A DNA stretch of 64,000 bases from Bdellovibrionales bacterium (GCA_050246815.1 JBFWVI010000005.1:41292-105291); one strand, 5' to 3'. Numbered from the stretch's first letter, positions 38,132 to 48,751 are shown. A program made the numbers and translations. The notes: a model not told the origin generated them from the letters alone.

Positions 38132-39625
38132 TCAGCGCGTGCTCTTGAACAAAAATGGATAAGAAACAATGACCTGCGTTCCACCCTTTGGGGTCGGAAA
38201 CTGCCATCCCGCAACACGCCTCAGAATACATCCCTCGACCATGGCGTTGTTTAATGATGTTGTTCCTATGTTTTGAGTCACCACTCCACCGGTGGCACCG
38301 ATGGTGAATTTCACCATCACCTTGCCGTACAGATCTGGATTGGCACTCAACTGTCTTTCATAGCAATAGCGAATTTGTCCCAGTTGGGACTTGATGTAAC
38401 GAGCGATGATGTCTTTGTCTAAGCCACCCTCGACTTCGGTTTCCTCTTCAAGCACGCCCACCGTGGCGTTACCCACGTTGCCGACGGCAAGGCCACCAAA
38501 ACCCTTGTAATCACCCGAGCCGCCACCTTTGCCTGCGGTGCCGACACCACCAAGCTTGTGGCCTTCACCTGCCCCCATGCCGACTTCCTTCGGCGCCGCC
38601 GAGCCGATGGTGCGCCCAACGCCCAAAGCCACACCGGAACCCGCTACGTCTGGAGCTACGCCCGCCGATTGAATAAAGGCGGTGTTTTTGGCGGCGCGAG
38701 CCGAGATTTTTCCGATCAAAGCCGACAATCCCGAAGCTTTAATATTGTTCACCACTTTGGCTGCAGCACCGCTCATCTTTGCACTGCCGCCAGCCATTGG
38801 TGCCTGAGGCTTGTCAGGAACTTTCGCGGCAATCTGCTTGGTCAGCTTTTGGCTTTCGGCCTTTTGTTTTTTGACCTTGGCTGCATCGTAAATCATCCGC
38901 GTGTACTGGTTCTGGTCTTCAGGCTTCAACGCCACCATGGTGTCTTTGGGCTCTTGGGGCATAAAGAATAAGAAGCCAGACAGAATCAACAGTATCACCG
39001 CTGAAAGTACCAGTGGCGCACGCAATGAAGGATCAAATGCTTCGACGATGCGCTCGCGGCCGGTTTGTTTGAGCATTTCGGTTCTGACCAGACGCTGGCG
39101 AATCTCAAGACCCTCGCGGTTGGTGGTCACCCACTTTTCGTCTTTGGGGGGCTGCAGATTCATGGTTTCGCCGGCGTAACTCAAGGTGTAGATTTCGGTT
39201 GCACCGATCAAGCTGTTTTCAACCAGCAAACTATGGCGACGTACGACCACTTGGTGATAAAGTTCACCCTTACCATCCAACGCCTCGGTGCGATCCTTGT
39301 TGAAGAGCTCGTGCTGCATCACAACCGGAGTTAGTTTGATTTGGTGCTGGCCAATTTGAATCAAGGTCGTTTCGGTGATTTCTTGATGGACCACAGGTTT
39401 TTTCTGAATCCATGTTCCATGCTCACTACCCAGATCTGACAGAACCCAGCAATTGTCTTGCCAGTCGATAGTGGCGTGAATGCCACCCACATGATCGCCC
39501 AACAAACGAATATGAGCTTCTCGCGAAGAACCGAGCGTGGTCATGCCCTGACCCGCCACAACTTGGTGTCGGCCGACGAAGCGGTTCTTATATGAATGTT
39601 CGATCTGCAGCTCAATACGTTTCAT
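38132..39625 (-). CDS. GltG-like protein: FHA-TM-Gly-rich-TonB/AgmX-PglI C-terminal domain
   Basis: FHA-like 'DLGSEHGT', one TM, 'IRYCYERQL...FPTPKGG..VSYPF'. Confidence 0.85.
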   Translation of the reverse strand: MKRIELQIEHSYKNRFVGRHQVVAGQGMTTLGSSREAHIRLLGDHVGGIHATIDWQDNCWVLSDLGSEHGTWIQKKPVVHQEITETTLIQIGQHQIKLTPVVMQHELFNKDRTEALDGKGELYHQVVVRRHSLLVENSLIGATEIYTLSYAGETMNLQPPKDEKWVTTNREGLEIRQRLVRTEMLKQTGRERIVEAFDPSLRAPLVLSAVILLILSGFLFFMPQEPKDTMVALKPEDQNQYTRMIYDAAKVKKQKAESQKLTKQIAAKVPDKPQAPMAGGSAKMSGAAAKVVNNIKASGLSALIGKISARAAKNTAFIQSAGVAPDVAGSGVALGVGRTIGSAAPKEVGMGAGEGHKLGGVGTAGKGGGSGDYKGFGGLAVGNVGNATVGVLEEETEVEGGLDKDIIARYIKSQLGQIRYCYERQLSANPDLYGKVMVKFTIGATGGVVTQNIGTTSLNNAMVEGCILRRVAGWQFPTPKGGTQVIVSYPFLFKSTR

Positions 39626-39629
39626 CGCC

Positions 39630-39875
39630 CTACCTCAAATATTCGACCGAAGCTTTGATGTTTTTCTCAAACTGACGGTTCACTTTGTACAGCGGCATGA
39701 ACTTCACACTTTGCTTTTGCAACAAATAAGCACCGTCGGGGCTGCGTACCACGCCATCGATGTCGGCCGCGTCGAAGCTGACCTCCTGGGTCTTACGGTA
39801 GCTGACTTTCTTTTTACCTTCGGCTTCGCCTTGGGTCGTGAAAAGCAGGGCCGCAATTATCGCCATGATTTTCAT
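39630..39875 (-). CDS. GltF-like small exported protein
   Basis: 'SFDAADIDGVVRSPDG...F' motif; position between gltE-like and gltG-like genes. Confidence 0.75.
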   Translation of the reverse strand: MKIMAIIAALLFTTQGEAEGKKKVSYRKTQEVSFDAADIDGVVRSPDGAYLLQKQSVKFMPLYKVNRQFEKNIKASVEYLR

Positions 39876-40816
39876 TTGTCCCCCTTTTTACGTTCGGCCG
39901 GTTCACGCAAGCTCAACTGATTTCCAGGCGTGGCTTGTTTAACCGTATTTTCAAGTTCGCGGATCTTTGAATCCAAATCCTGTTCATTCGCCAAATCCAG
40001 TTTTCGTTCTCGCTCTAAAGTTTTCAGGCGGCGATAGGCGGCGAGAGCCTCGGGAAAATTTTTATCCAAGGTCTCCAGCACCTGAGCCTGGCGCAGCCGT
40101 GCACGATAGCTGGAGGGGTGATTGAAAATGGCTTGCGCCAAAGCTTCATTGGCGCCCTTTGCGTCTTTGGCGCGGATGCGAACCTCGGCCCAACCCAAAA
40201 GCGAGGGAAGGTGGCGGGGTTCCACTTGTAGTGCCGCTTGAAAACGTTTGCCGGCCTCCGAGTTGTCACTGCTGATCAAGGCCAACTGCCCCAAAAGTAG
40301 CTGCGCATCAACCAAACGTTTGTCGATCTCAATTGCGCGCTTCAAAGTTTTCTGTGCGGTGCTCTGCTCGCCATTCAACCATTGCAGTCGACCTTGCTGA
40401 TAAACCAATAATCCGTTTTGCGGCGTCTTTTTTAGAGCCAATTCGATCATCCACATAGCACGTGGGAGCTCCTTGCGATTCTCGGCGGCCAAGCTCATGT
40501 AGTAGGCACCCCAAGGGGCCAAGTGTTCACTTTGCGCCAAGTGGTTGCCCACCTGCTCGACCATGGCCCATTGACCGCTCTGCACACAGGCATTGGCGGC
40601 ATTCAAAACTTCGCGCCAAGCTATGCCTTTAAGAGCAACCGTCTGACGCGGACAAGAACCACGGCTGTCCGCGACCCGCAGAGATTGCGGATTGACAGCC
40701 TTGGTGTACTCCAATCCCAGTGAAGCGGTTGGGCCCTTTTGATCATTCGTTTGGGATTGGTGAGCGCAACCCACTAAGAAGAGGAATGCCAATAAAATGA
40801 AGTTTAATCTTTTCAT
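39872..40816 (-). CDS. GltE-like TPR lipoprotein
   Basis: Lipobox LVGC; TPR repeats. Confidence 0.75.
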   Translation of the reverse strand: MKRLNFILLAFLFLVGCAHQSQTNDQKGPTASLGLEYTKAVNPQSLRVADSRGSCPRQTVALKGIAWREVLNAANACVQSGQWAMVEQVGNHLAQSEHLAPWGAYYMSLAAENRKELPRAMWMIELALKKTPQNGLLVYQQGRLQWLNGEQSTAQKTLKRAIEIDKRLVDAQLLLGQLALISSDNSEAGKRFQAALQVEPRHLPSLLGWAEVRIRAKDAKGANEALAQAIFNHPSSYRARLRQAQVLETLDKNFPEALAAYRRLKTLERERKLDLANEQDLDSKIRELENTVKQATPGNQLSLREPAERKKGDK

Positions 40817-43797
40817 GACCCCACCCCCGCCAAGGTCGGCAACATCACGCCGGGGTCCGTCAAATCCAAGTCAAAGGTGTTGGGCATCGGCATATTCATT
40901 TTCTTCAGGGCTGTGCGCATCTCGACCACCATCGCATTTTCAACCTTGAAGCGTTTGGCGGCGCGAATGCCCTCTTGCAATGTTTCGACTGCTTTTTCTT
41001 CCAGCGGAATCGACAAATTGCTCAATTCTCCGCGGAAGGCCTCTTCATCTTCTTTGCTGAAGCCCGCCGGGATCGGCATGGTTTTAAGGGCTTCGACGTA
41101 GTGCATGTAACATCCGGCCAAGCGCGCTAACGACTGCACGGTCACCTGCGGGTCACCATACTTGATGGACTGCTGCAGCGCCTGTTGAGCCTTTTCAAGT
41201 TTTTCAGTCTTAATAGCCAAAACAGTGGCTACTTTTTCAGCACGTGACTTCACGCTTTGTTTTAGGAATTCGTCTTCAAGTACACGCGCCTGAATCAGAC
41301 GTGCTCGCGACTTTGCGAAGTTCGATGCCGCACTGGCGCCAATTACTTTTTTTGCCTCATTGAACGCTTCGGTCTGCTGACCGGCCTTGAACATCTCTTC
41401 AACCAACTCCACTTTTGCAAAAGATGCCTGCGGCTGAACGCCTGAGTTGGCGATTATGGTCAGGAGCTCTTTGTAGCCGGGGCCGCCTGCAGCGCGCTCA
41501 AGCAACAAGAGCTTATCCAGAGTTTGGCTACGCACGTCGGGCTCACTGGCTTGGCGCAAATCCATCAATAATTTTTTGGCTTTAACGGGACGATTGCTCA
41601 GCATATAGAAGTCGGCCGCCAAAGCATTCCACTTGGTGGCATTCTTGGGCTCAAGCTTCGAAATTTTATGTAACACATCGGCGGCAGGTTCTAACTGGCC
41701 AAGCGATTCGTAGCTTTGTGCCGCCTTAAGCAAAGCATCCATTCCGTTTTTTGCCGTCGGAAATCGATCAAAATAATCTTCCGCCGCTTTGGCGCCGCCC
41801 ACGAAATCCAAAACTTTGTAGTGCAGTTGAACCGCATTCCACCAAGCTTTCACGGCTAAATCCGATTGCGGATTTCCCATCGCAAACTCTTTGTAACCAG
41901 CAATGGCTGCCGGATACTTTTTGGCTTCCTCTAAGGATTGAACATCCAAGAAATAAGATTGTTCGTACAGCTTTTGCAGCTTGTCTTTACGAGGAGCACT
42001 GCTCTCGGCGCGGATCAGATCTTTGGAATAGTCTTTTAAACCTTTGTAGTCTTTTTTAAGGTTCAAAATGTCCAAATAGAGGTCTTGTGCCTTTTTTCCT
42101 TTTTCGTTACGGGCATAGTCTTTACCCAAACGAATAAACATTGGTGCGGCTTCGTCGTAGCGCTCTTTTTCATAAGCAATCAAAGCCATTTTAAATTCCA
42201 AGTCCAAACGGTATTGGCCCTTGGGATTGCTGGCCACGTAAGACTTTGCCAACTCGTGGAAACTCTTCTCGTCTTTGTCGGACCACTTGTCGCCTACGGC
42301 TTTTTCCAAGCTCAAGACGGCGGCGTAAGAGGCGTCGTGGCGCAGGCTGCCAGCCTCTTTGGCTCCACCCACCCGAGCATACTCTTCAGAAGCGCGACGA
42401 TATTTTTGTCGCTGAAACAGAAGTTCGGCATAAGCATAACGAGCCTCGTTGGCTTCTTTGGTGGCTGCAGGCTCGCGCAAATAAATTTCGTAGGCTTTTT
42501 CAGCCACATCGGCGAAGTCCGCGGACTTAGCCGTGTCTTTCTTCCAAATCTTCAACCAACGGCTGGCCAATTTTACCGCCGAATCAGACAATGTGGCCAT
42601 GCATGCGATACGAGGATCCGGTGCTTTTTGTTCTTGAGCGGTTTTGCGCTGCCCCTTCATCCATGCGCTGTTTTCGCGGCAGACGTCAAAAAGTTTTTCC
42701 ATCTGCTGCACGGCCAGATCTTTGCGTTTCATAGCATCAAAGTTCCAGATCAGCTCGCCATGGATATTGGCGACATGCGGAGAATCCGAAATATTTTGAA
42801 TGAAGTCGGTTAAGACCACCTGGCGCTCAGCATGGCGGCTATGATGCTCGTAGAGCTTGGCCAATTTCAAGATGATTGGCCCAACATCAAGTTCGCTGGC
42901 TTGTTTACGAAAGTAGTTAAAGGCTTCTTTAGCCGGCAACACGTCTTCGTAAAAAACGGTCATGTCAGCCAAAGCTTCTTTACGCAAATCCAGGCGAGAT
43001 TCGATTTTTTTGTCTGCGACGAATTTACCGTAAGCCACCACTTCTTCTAATTTTTTCAGAGCGGCCACGGCGTCACGCATGTTGTAATAGGCCCATGCGG
43101 CCTTGTACAAGCCGTAAGGATAAACGCGCGATTCAGGATACCTTTTGATCGCGTTGAAGTGTTCAAGCGCGAATGAAAAATTGGCTTTGTCGAAGTTGAT
43201 CTCGCCGATCGCCAAGTGACAATCGGGGACCAACGGTGAAGTGCGGAAGTTTTGCACCAGCGTCCAGTATAAACGCTCGGCCTCTTTTTCTTGACCCAGC
43301 TGTTGGCGCGCAAAGCCGTTGTTGAAAATCACCAGGTCCAGTTGTTTAAAGCGCGGGAACTTGGCTTGGATGTGGTCGTACACCGCCACCGCTTTCATCA
43401 CATGAGCTCGTGAATTGGCGTTGGCCACCACTTGCGGCGCTACACGAACCACGGTTTCGGAAGTGCGGCTGATCTCGAAGAATCGTGCGGTCTTTGCTCG
43501 ACGCATGTAAAGCTCGGCCAAGCGGAATTGCAATTCAGCTTCCATCGGCGTGCCTTTGTATTTTTTAATCAAGGCGGTGGCTTGCTCGATGGCTTTCACT
43601 TCGCTACGAGAAATCATCATTTCTGTTTTGACAGCTTTGAGTTCATTGGCGCGTTCGTCGCCTTCTTCGAGCTTGAGGCTGTCGAGTTCGGTTGCCGTCT
43701 TTTTTTCGCGCGCTTCGACGCGCATAGTCGTGCCTGTGGCCACCACTATCAAACTTACGAAAATCAATTTTCCGACGGTCGACAACTCGACTCGCAT
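40813..43797 (-). CDS. GltD/AgmU-like large TPR protein
   Basis: Signal region, 'FRLAELY', many TPRs, 'PLEEKAVE' C-terminus. Confidence 0.8.
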   Translation of the reverse strand: MRVELSTVGKLIFVSLIVVATGTTMRVEAREKKTATELDSLKLEEGDERANELKAVKTEMMISRSEVKAIEQATALIKKYKGTPMEAELQFRLAELYMRRAKTARFFEISRTSETVVRVAPQVVANANSRAHVMKAVAVYDHIQAKFPRFKQLDLVIFNNGFARQQLGQEKEAERLYWTLVQNFRTSPLVPDCHLAIGEINFDKANFSFALEHFNAIKRYPESRVYPYGLYKAAWAYYNMRDAVAALKKLEEVVAYGKFVADKKIESRLDLRKEALADMTVFYEDVLPAKEAFNYFRKQASELDVGPIILKLAKLYEHHSRHAERQVVLTDFIQNISDSPHVANIHGELIWNFDAMKRKDLAVQQMEKLFDVCRENSAWMKGQRKTAQEQKAPDPRIACMATLSDSAVKLASRWLKIWKKDTAKSADFADVAEKAYEIYLREPAATKEANEARYAYAELLFQRQKYRRASEEYARVGGAKEAGSLRHDASYAAVLSLEKAVGDKWSDKDEKSFHELAKSYVASNPKGQYRLDLEFKMALIAYEKERYDEAAPMFIRLGKDYARNEKGKKAQDLYLDILNLKKDYKGLKDYSKDLIRAESSAPRKDKLQKLYEQSYFLDVQSLEEAKKYPAAIAGYKEFAMGNPQSDLAVKAWWNAVQLHYKVLDFVGGAKAAEDYFDRFPTAKNGMDALLKAAQSYESLGQLEPAADVLHKISKLEPKNATKWNALAADFYMLSNRPVKAKKLLMDLRQASEPDVRSQTLDKLLLLERAAGGPGYKELLTIIANSGVQPQASFAKVELVEEMFKAGQQTEAFNEAKKVIGASAASNFAKSRARLIQARVLEDEFLKQSVKSRAEKVATVLAIKTEKLEKAQQALQQSIKYGDPQVTVQSLARLAGCYMHYVEALKTMPIPAGFSKEDEEAFRGELSNLSIPLEEKAVETLQEGIRAAKRFKVENAMVVEMRTALKKMNMPMPNTFDLDLTDPGVMLPTLAGVGS

Positions 43798-43883
43798 GCC
43801 TCGGCCCCCGTTTAGCCAGCTCGCCGAGTTACATGCCGCGTATGGAGCTGAAATATTTTTTAAATGCTTAGATCGTGCTTGAT

Positions 43884-44753
43884 CTAAGCCGCTTCTGCTT
43901 TACGTGCCAACTCATGCAAAAACTGCTGAGTGTTGGCGCTGATGCTGGTGAACTTTAAACCATAACGAATGGGTGCGTTCTTTTCACGAACCCCTTCAAC
44001 GAATTGCTTCGAAACCACTTCGCAAACCGCGTTGAACGGCGGAACACCGTCACAGGGTTTGAAGTGCAGGTACAGCGTTTGGCCCGGCACGATCATGGCA
44101 TTTTCCATGACCACGCCCGCGCCACCGGCGCTGATTTCCATGCCCCCACCCTTCCAGACGGTTTTGTTGTCATGGACCAAGATCGTGCCGTTGTAGTTCA
44201 TGCGGCGATGACGACGGCGGAAGAACACTTCTTGAATGTCGGGCATATTGGCCGTTTGCAGCTTACGGATGCTGTCGGCGTTAAATGATGCAAGCTCGGC
44301 GATGCGCTTCCATGAAGCCATCCCCGGGTGCCAAACAAAATCAAATTCGAAAACAACTTTTTGCTGCAGCATTTTAACGACATCATTAAAAGCAAATGGA
44401 CCAAATTTGTTTTCGCCCTTCAACACATACCATTCGCTGATGGCGTGTTCATTGAGCGGTTCACCTCTGGCTTTGGCTTCATTGACCTTGTCGGCCACCA
44501 AAGCCGCTTCAGGCGCCGTGGCCTCGGGGCCGGCCTGTTGGGGCGGCATCTTTTTTGGCGGAGGGGCTGGTTTGTGATCCTTAAGTTGCTGTGCAACCGC
44601 AGGATACTCCATCAAAAGAACCCAATCACCCTTGCCGTCGTCGTAGACGTAGTCCAACAGGCTCAGTTTATTTTTGCGTACTCCATCAACAATCTCGGTC
44701 AAACTCATCGGACCAATCTGCTGACCTTCGTGTGAAATATAAAACTGGCTCAT
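43884..44753 (-). CDS. Tandem GYF_2 (DUF4339) domains plus PilZ domain protein
   Basis: 'QQIGPMSL' and 'WYV..KFGPF..VWHPGMASWK' GYF_2 motifs; RRRHRR and EISAGG PilZ motifs. Confidence 0.88.
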   Translation of the reverse strand: MSQFYISHEGQQIGPMSLTEIVDGVRKNKLSLLDYVYDDGKGDWVLLMEYPAVAQQLKDHKPAPPPKKMPPQQAGPEATAPEAALVADKVNEAKARGEPLNEHAISEWYVLKGENKFGPFAFNDVVKMLQQKVVFEFDFVWHPGMASWKRIAELASFNADSIRKLQTANMPDIQEVFFRRRHRRMNYNGTILVHDNKTVWKGGGMEISAGGAGVVMENAMIVPGQTLYLHFKPCDGVPPFNAVCEVVSKQFVEGVREKNAPIRYGLKFTSISANTQQFLHELARKAEAA

Positions 44754-44814
44754 AGGTCTCCCTCAACCCTTCTGGTCAAACCCACATTCACAAAAAGCCC
44801 TCTTGCACCTTATG

Positions 44815-44842
44815 ATATCGGCCTGTGGAACCCTTGACTTAA
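44815..44842 (-). promoter_or_regulatory. Putative sigma28 (FliA) promoter for the GYF-PilZ/glt operon
   Basis: Minus strand TAAG-N15-GCCGATAT. Confidence 0.7.
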
Positions 44843-45005
44843 GGCCATAATCCCTTAAAAACTCTGCTCTTCCGGCAATCTGTATTGTTTTGAAATGTTC
44901 AAAATGAGATCACGAAAAAGCGTCAAATGAGTTGTCAGTGGCTTCGACCAGCGCTTCAAAGTTCGCTAATGTAGCGTCGACAAAATTGACATTTTTAGAG
45001 TACAT

Positions 45006-45755
45006 TTGAAATTACAGAGAGAACACAGAGTGACAAGCAGCAAAAAAATTCTAGACGAAGTTTTGGCGCAGGCGGAAGCCGCGGCGCGCGTTAAAAAAAA
45101 ATTTATGGTCGTCTTCGATTTGGATTCGACCTTGTTTTGCGTCAGTCCGCGAATTCGCTCAATCTTGGATCAACTTTCAGCAGATCAAGAATTGTTGCAG
45201 CGATTCCCAAAATCCACTCCCACATTGCACGGCTTGGATGTCACACCCACGGATTGGGGCATTCGTACCGTTTTGATACGCTCACAAATTATTGGAACTT
45301 TGGATTTTTTTGAAATGGTGCGCAGTAAATGGGCTGAACGTTTTTTTAGTAGCGAATACTTAAAAAATGATCTGCCCTATCCTGGCGCAGTGAAGTACGT
45401 GCAGCGTTTAGCTGCGCTAGGCGCTGAAATTCGCTATTTAACCGGTCGCGATTGGCCACGCATGGGACTGGGAACTGTGGCAAGCCTTGATCAATGGCAA
45501 TTTCCTTTGGCTAGCCAACAGCATTTGCACATGAAACCCGACAGCAATCGCCACGATGCCGATTTTAAACTGGATACCTTGCGGCACTTGCAGTTGGAAT
45601 CACCGGATATCTACTTTTTTGAGAACGAGCCTGTGATCATCAACTTGGTGCACCGCCAATTGCCGTCACTGCCGATTATTTTTATCAATAGCATTCACAG
45701 CGGGCGCGAATCGGCGCCGGATCACCTGCCCAAAATAGACCCCAACTTTGAATAG
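45006..45755 (+). CDS. HAD-superfamily hydrolase
   Basis: VFDLDSTL, YLTGR and MKP motifs; start may be GTG 45030. Confidence 0.8.
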   Translation: MKLQREHRVTSSKKILDEVLAQAEAAARVKKKFMVVFDLDSTLFCVSPRIRSILDQLSADQELLQRFPKSTPTLHGLDVTPTDWGIRTVLIRSQIIGTLDFFEMVRSKWAERFFSSEYLKNDLPYPGAVKYVQRLAALGAEIRYLTGRDWPRMGLGTVASLDQWQFPLASQQHLHMKPDSNRHDADFKLDTLRHLQLESPDIYFFENEPVIINLVHRQLPSLPIIFINSIHSGRESAPDHLPKIDPNFE

Positions 45756-45829
45756 AAAATGAGGGCGGCTCTCTGACCAATGGCCGCCAACGCAGACCGA
45801 GGTCATCGCTGCCACGTCTTAAGTTTGGT

Positions 45830-46381
45830 TTATTCACGCATCAAATGCCGCCGCGCCAACGCCAGAGAGCCCATCATCAAAGAATGCTGGATCTCGCCCT
45901 GTTCCAGCAGCTTGTAGACTTCATACACAGGGACTTTTTCAACGCTTAGATCTTCGAAGGGGTCCAACTGTGGTTCGCCCTCAAAAACGCAATCACGGGC
46001 AAGATATGTGATCAAACGGTTCGATTGTAAAGCGGGATTGGGATAGTGCTCGCCCAAAAGAGTCCATTGCTTCGAGATATACCCGGTTTCTTCTCTCAAC
46101 TCTCGTTTGGCGGCCTCTAGAATAGTCTCGCCTTTGTGTTGATCCATGGAGCCCCCGGGAATTTCTAAAAATTCATCGCCGGCGGCATGGCGGTACTGCC
46201 GCACCAGAATAAGGTCACCTCTTTCGTCCAAGGCAACAATGTGTATCCATGAGGGAAAATCGACCACGTAATACCTGGGCATCCGCCGTCCGTCAGGCAA
46301 CTCGCATTCATCCGTACGCAGGCTAAACATCCCCGCCTTAAAAAGTTCTTTGCTGCTTAAAACTTTCCATTTTTTGCTCAC
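45830..46381 (-). CDS. NUDIX hydrolase (ADP-ribose pyrophosphatase-like)
   Basis: Nudix box GG..D...GE...AAKRELREETG; GTG start chosen to avoid overlap with rsmI. Confidence 0.9.
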   Translation of the reverse strand: MSKKWKVLSSKELFKAGMFSLRTDECELPDGRRMPRYYVVDFPSWIHIVALDERGDLILVRQYRHAAGDEFLEIPGGSMDQHKGETILEAAKRELREETGYISKQWTLLGEHYPNPALQSNRLITYLARDCVFEGEPQLDPFEDLSVEKVPVYEVYKLLEQGEIQHSLMMGSLALARRHLMRE

Positions 46382-46416
46382 GATCCGCGCCCCGACTGGT
46401 TTAGGATGGACTGCAT

Positions 46417-47112
46417 ATGGCTTTATATGTGGTCGCCACCCCCATCGGCAATCAAGAAGATCTCTCGCCTCGCGCCAAACAAATCTTAGGCGCATGCCAC
46501 GTGGTCATCGGCGAAGAGTTTCGCGAAGCTTCCACTCTTCTTAAACGCCACGACATCGTCGGTAAAACGCTTGAACAGCTCAACGAACATTCAACACCGG
46601 CTGACCTCAAACTTTTGGTTGAACTTTGCCGCAACCAAGATGTGGCCTTGATTAGCGATTGTGGCACCCCTAGCTTTTGTGACCCTGGCGCAGATTTGGT
46701 GGCGGCCTGCCGTGCGCAAAACATCCGTGTGGTCAGCGTGCCCGGGGTTTCTAGCCTAATGGCTTTTTTAAGCCTTTGCGGTCAACGTTTGGACGAATTT
46801 TATTTTCGTGGATTTTTGCCTGCCAACCGCGAAGCACGGGCCAGCGCGATAAAAGAACTTAAAGGGGAAATGCGCCCGATCATCTTGATGGACACCCCCT
46901 ATCGCCTTGGCCGACTGCTTGAAGAGTTGGCTGAAAAGATGCCCGAGCGGCTGGCAACCATCGGCATGGATTTAACCAGCGAAAAAGAAGCCGTTAAGGT
47001 CGCGCCCCTGGCGCAATTGGCAAAGATATTTGCCGAAACAAAGGCTGAGTTTTTACTGCTGCTGCACGGGCAAAATCAATCGCGCTCTTTACCGCGCAAG
47101 AAATCCAAATAA
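46417..47112 (+). CDS. rsmI: 16S rRNA C1402 2'-O-methyltransferase
   Basis: LYVVATPIGN, LISDCGTP..DPG and GFLP motifs. Confidence 0.9.
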   Translation: MALYVVATPIGNQEDLSPRAKQILGACHVVIGEEFREASTLLKRHDIVGKTLEQLNEHSTPADLKLLVELCRNQDVALISDCGTPSFCDPGADLVAACRAQNIRVVSVPGVSSLMAFLSLCGQRLDEFYFRGFLPANREARASAIKELKGEMRPIILMDTPYRLGRLLEELAEKMPERLATIGMDLTSEKEAVKVAPLAQLAKIFAETKAEFLLLLHGQNQSRSLPRKKSK

Positions 47113-48044
47113 AAATAACGATCAAACTGAGGGTGAAAGCGGGACCAGTTTTCACCGGTGCCAAGTTCTTGGCGCATAAAACCCACCACCGTGTTGAGCT
47201 TGGAATCCAGATCATCAATCATCGCCACCACTATGGCTTCGGGAAAGGCGGGCTCTTTTGGTGAGCCGTATTCGAGCTTCCCGTGATGCGACAACACGAT
47301 GTGCTTCAAGGCATCTTTTAAAGCCACCGGAAAACCAAAAATTCCTCGTGATTTTTCGTCAATCATTTCGCAGGCGATGGCCATATGCCCCACCAAGCGG
47401 CCGCGGTCTGTGTATTTGATGCCGTCTTCGATACTGAGCTCCCACACTTTGCCGATGTCGTGAAAAATGGCCCCGAACAGCAGCAGATCCCGGTTTAAAA
47501 AAGTATAGTGGCTAGCCAAAAAATTCATCGTGCCGCAAATCGACAAAACGTGTTCCAAAAGCCCACCCATGTAGGCATGGTGGATACTTTTCGCCGCCGG
47601 TGCCTTTAATAAACGCGGCTTCAGCTCGGCGTCGTTTAAAACCGACAGAGTCAGATCGCGAATATGAGCGTCTTCGAAGGTGGTGGTCAAAGTAATCAGT
47701 TGATCAAACATCTCTTGCGGATCCGTTACGGCTGCACCCACAAAATCTTTTAGCGCCACCAGCGACGAGTCCGCCTTGTTCAGATCTTGCACGATCACCT
47801 GGCGTCTATTTTGATAGGTCTGCACAAAGCCCTTCACTCGCACAAAATCGCCAGGCTCAAAAACCTTCGATATTTCGTCGACTTTCTCCCAAATGCGCGC
47901 GTTGATCGTGCCACTGGCATCCGCCAGATTGAAACTCATATAAGATTTACCGTTACGATCGGTCAGGATCATTTTGTCCGCTGCCAAAAAGATCGATTCA
48001 ACGGCTTCTCGGTCTTTCAGGTCACGCACGAACTGTTTGGACAT
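47076..48044 (-). CDS. yhaM: 3'-5' exoribonuclease YhaM/Cbf1 (OB and HD domains)
   Basis: OB fold, PAAKSIHHAYMGGLLEH, HDIGK and SHHG motifs; GGAGG SD before 48044. Confidence 0.88.
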   Translation of the reverse strand: MSKQFVRDLKDREAVESIFLAADKMILTDRNGKSYMSFNLADASGTINARIWEKVDEISKVFEPGDFVRVKGFVQTYQNRRQVIVQDLNKADSSLVALKDFVGAAVTDPQEMFDQLITLTTTFEDAHIRDLTLSVLNDAELKPRLLKAPAAKSIHHAYMGGLLEHVLSICGTMNFLASHYTFLNRDLLLFGAIFHDIGKVWELSIEDGIKYTDRGRLVGHMAIACEMIDEKSRGIFGFPVALKDALKHIVLSHHGKLEYGSPKEPAFPEAIVVAMIDDLDSKLNTVVGFMRQELGTGENWSRFHPQFDRYFYLDFLRGKERD

Positions 48045-48094
48045 GAAGGCCTCCACCGGCCCAATATAGTCCAGAATCAGCGCGGATCAAAGCA

Positions 48095-48751
48095 TCAGAT
48101 TGAGCACTGCAAATGGGGAGTTCGAGATTCGTTTAAAGTGATTGAGCCCAGCCAAAGTTCGCCGGTTCGAACCACCGCAAATAGCCAGGTGCCGGCCAAA
48201 ACACTGATATGGCGCTGATCTGTCGCATAAACGACCAGCGGCTGGTGCGAATGGTGCTGATTAAACCAGGTGGTCAACTCCATCCACTTGTTGCAGCCTG
48301 CGCCATAGGGCTCATCTCGAACATCGCGACGCCGGGCTTCACTTAAATAAAAAACCCTCATTTCACCGTCTTCTGGCGCCTTACTTAATTTCATTTGAGC
48401 GGTGAACCGACCACGACTGCCGCGCACGCTTTGTGCCAAGTCGATAACCCCACCGCCCGTGGGCAATTGATAATGAACCGAATCGTTCAATGCATCGCCG
48501 GTTTTTGGAACTAGGGTCAACTCAAGATCGAGCAGCTGCCGTTGCAAGCCGCCCATGATTTCCAAGTCCGAAAGAGACGTCACCGGGGTCAGTTTGTGCT
48601 GGGTCTTCAGGTACCAAGATTCAAGCTCTTTCACCAAGCTTTGCGGCACTTGCAAATCGCGGTTGGACTTGGTCACCTCGCCCTCTTCCATGGCGACAGC
48701 CAGGGGCGACAGACCAAACCACAGCACCAGAAGCTGAACTTTAAAGGGCAC
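48095..48751 (-). CDS. Hypothetical exported protein
   Basis: 218-aa ORF with signal-like N-terminus, overlapping the upstream gene. Confidence 0.7.
   Translation of the reverse strand: MPFKVQLLVLWFGLSPLAVAMEEGEVTKSNRDLQVPQSLVKELESWYLKTQHKLTPVTSLSDLEIMGGLQRQLLDLELTLVPKTGDALNDSVHYQLPTGGGVIDLAQSVRGSRGRFTAQMKLSKAPEDGEMRVFYLSEARRRDVRDEPYGAGCNKWMELTTWFNQHHSHQPLVVYATDQRHISVLAGTWLFAVVRTGELWLGSITLNESRTPHLQCSI

Noticed and set aside
42085..42813. Long antisense ORFs (also 34693-35319, 2932-3570, 6733-7323)
   Set aside because: Shadow frames of well-supported genes with no protein-like features
47076..47112. 37-bp convergent overlap of rsmI and yhaM
   Set aside because: Short tail-to-tail overlaps are common in compact genomes
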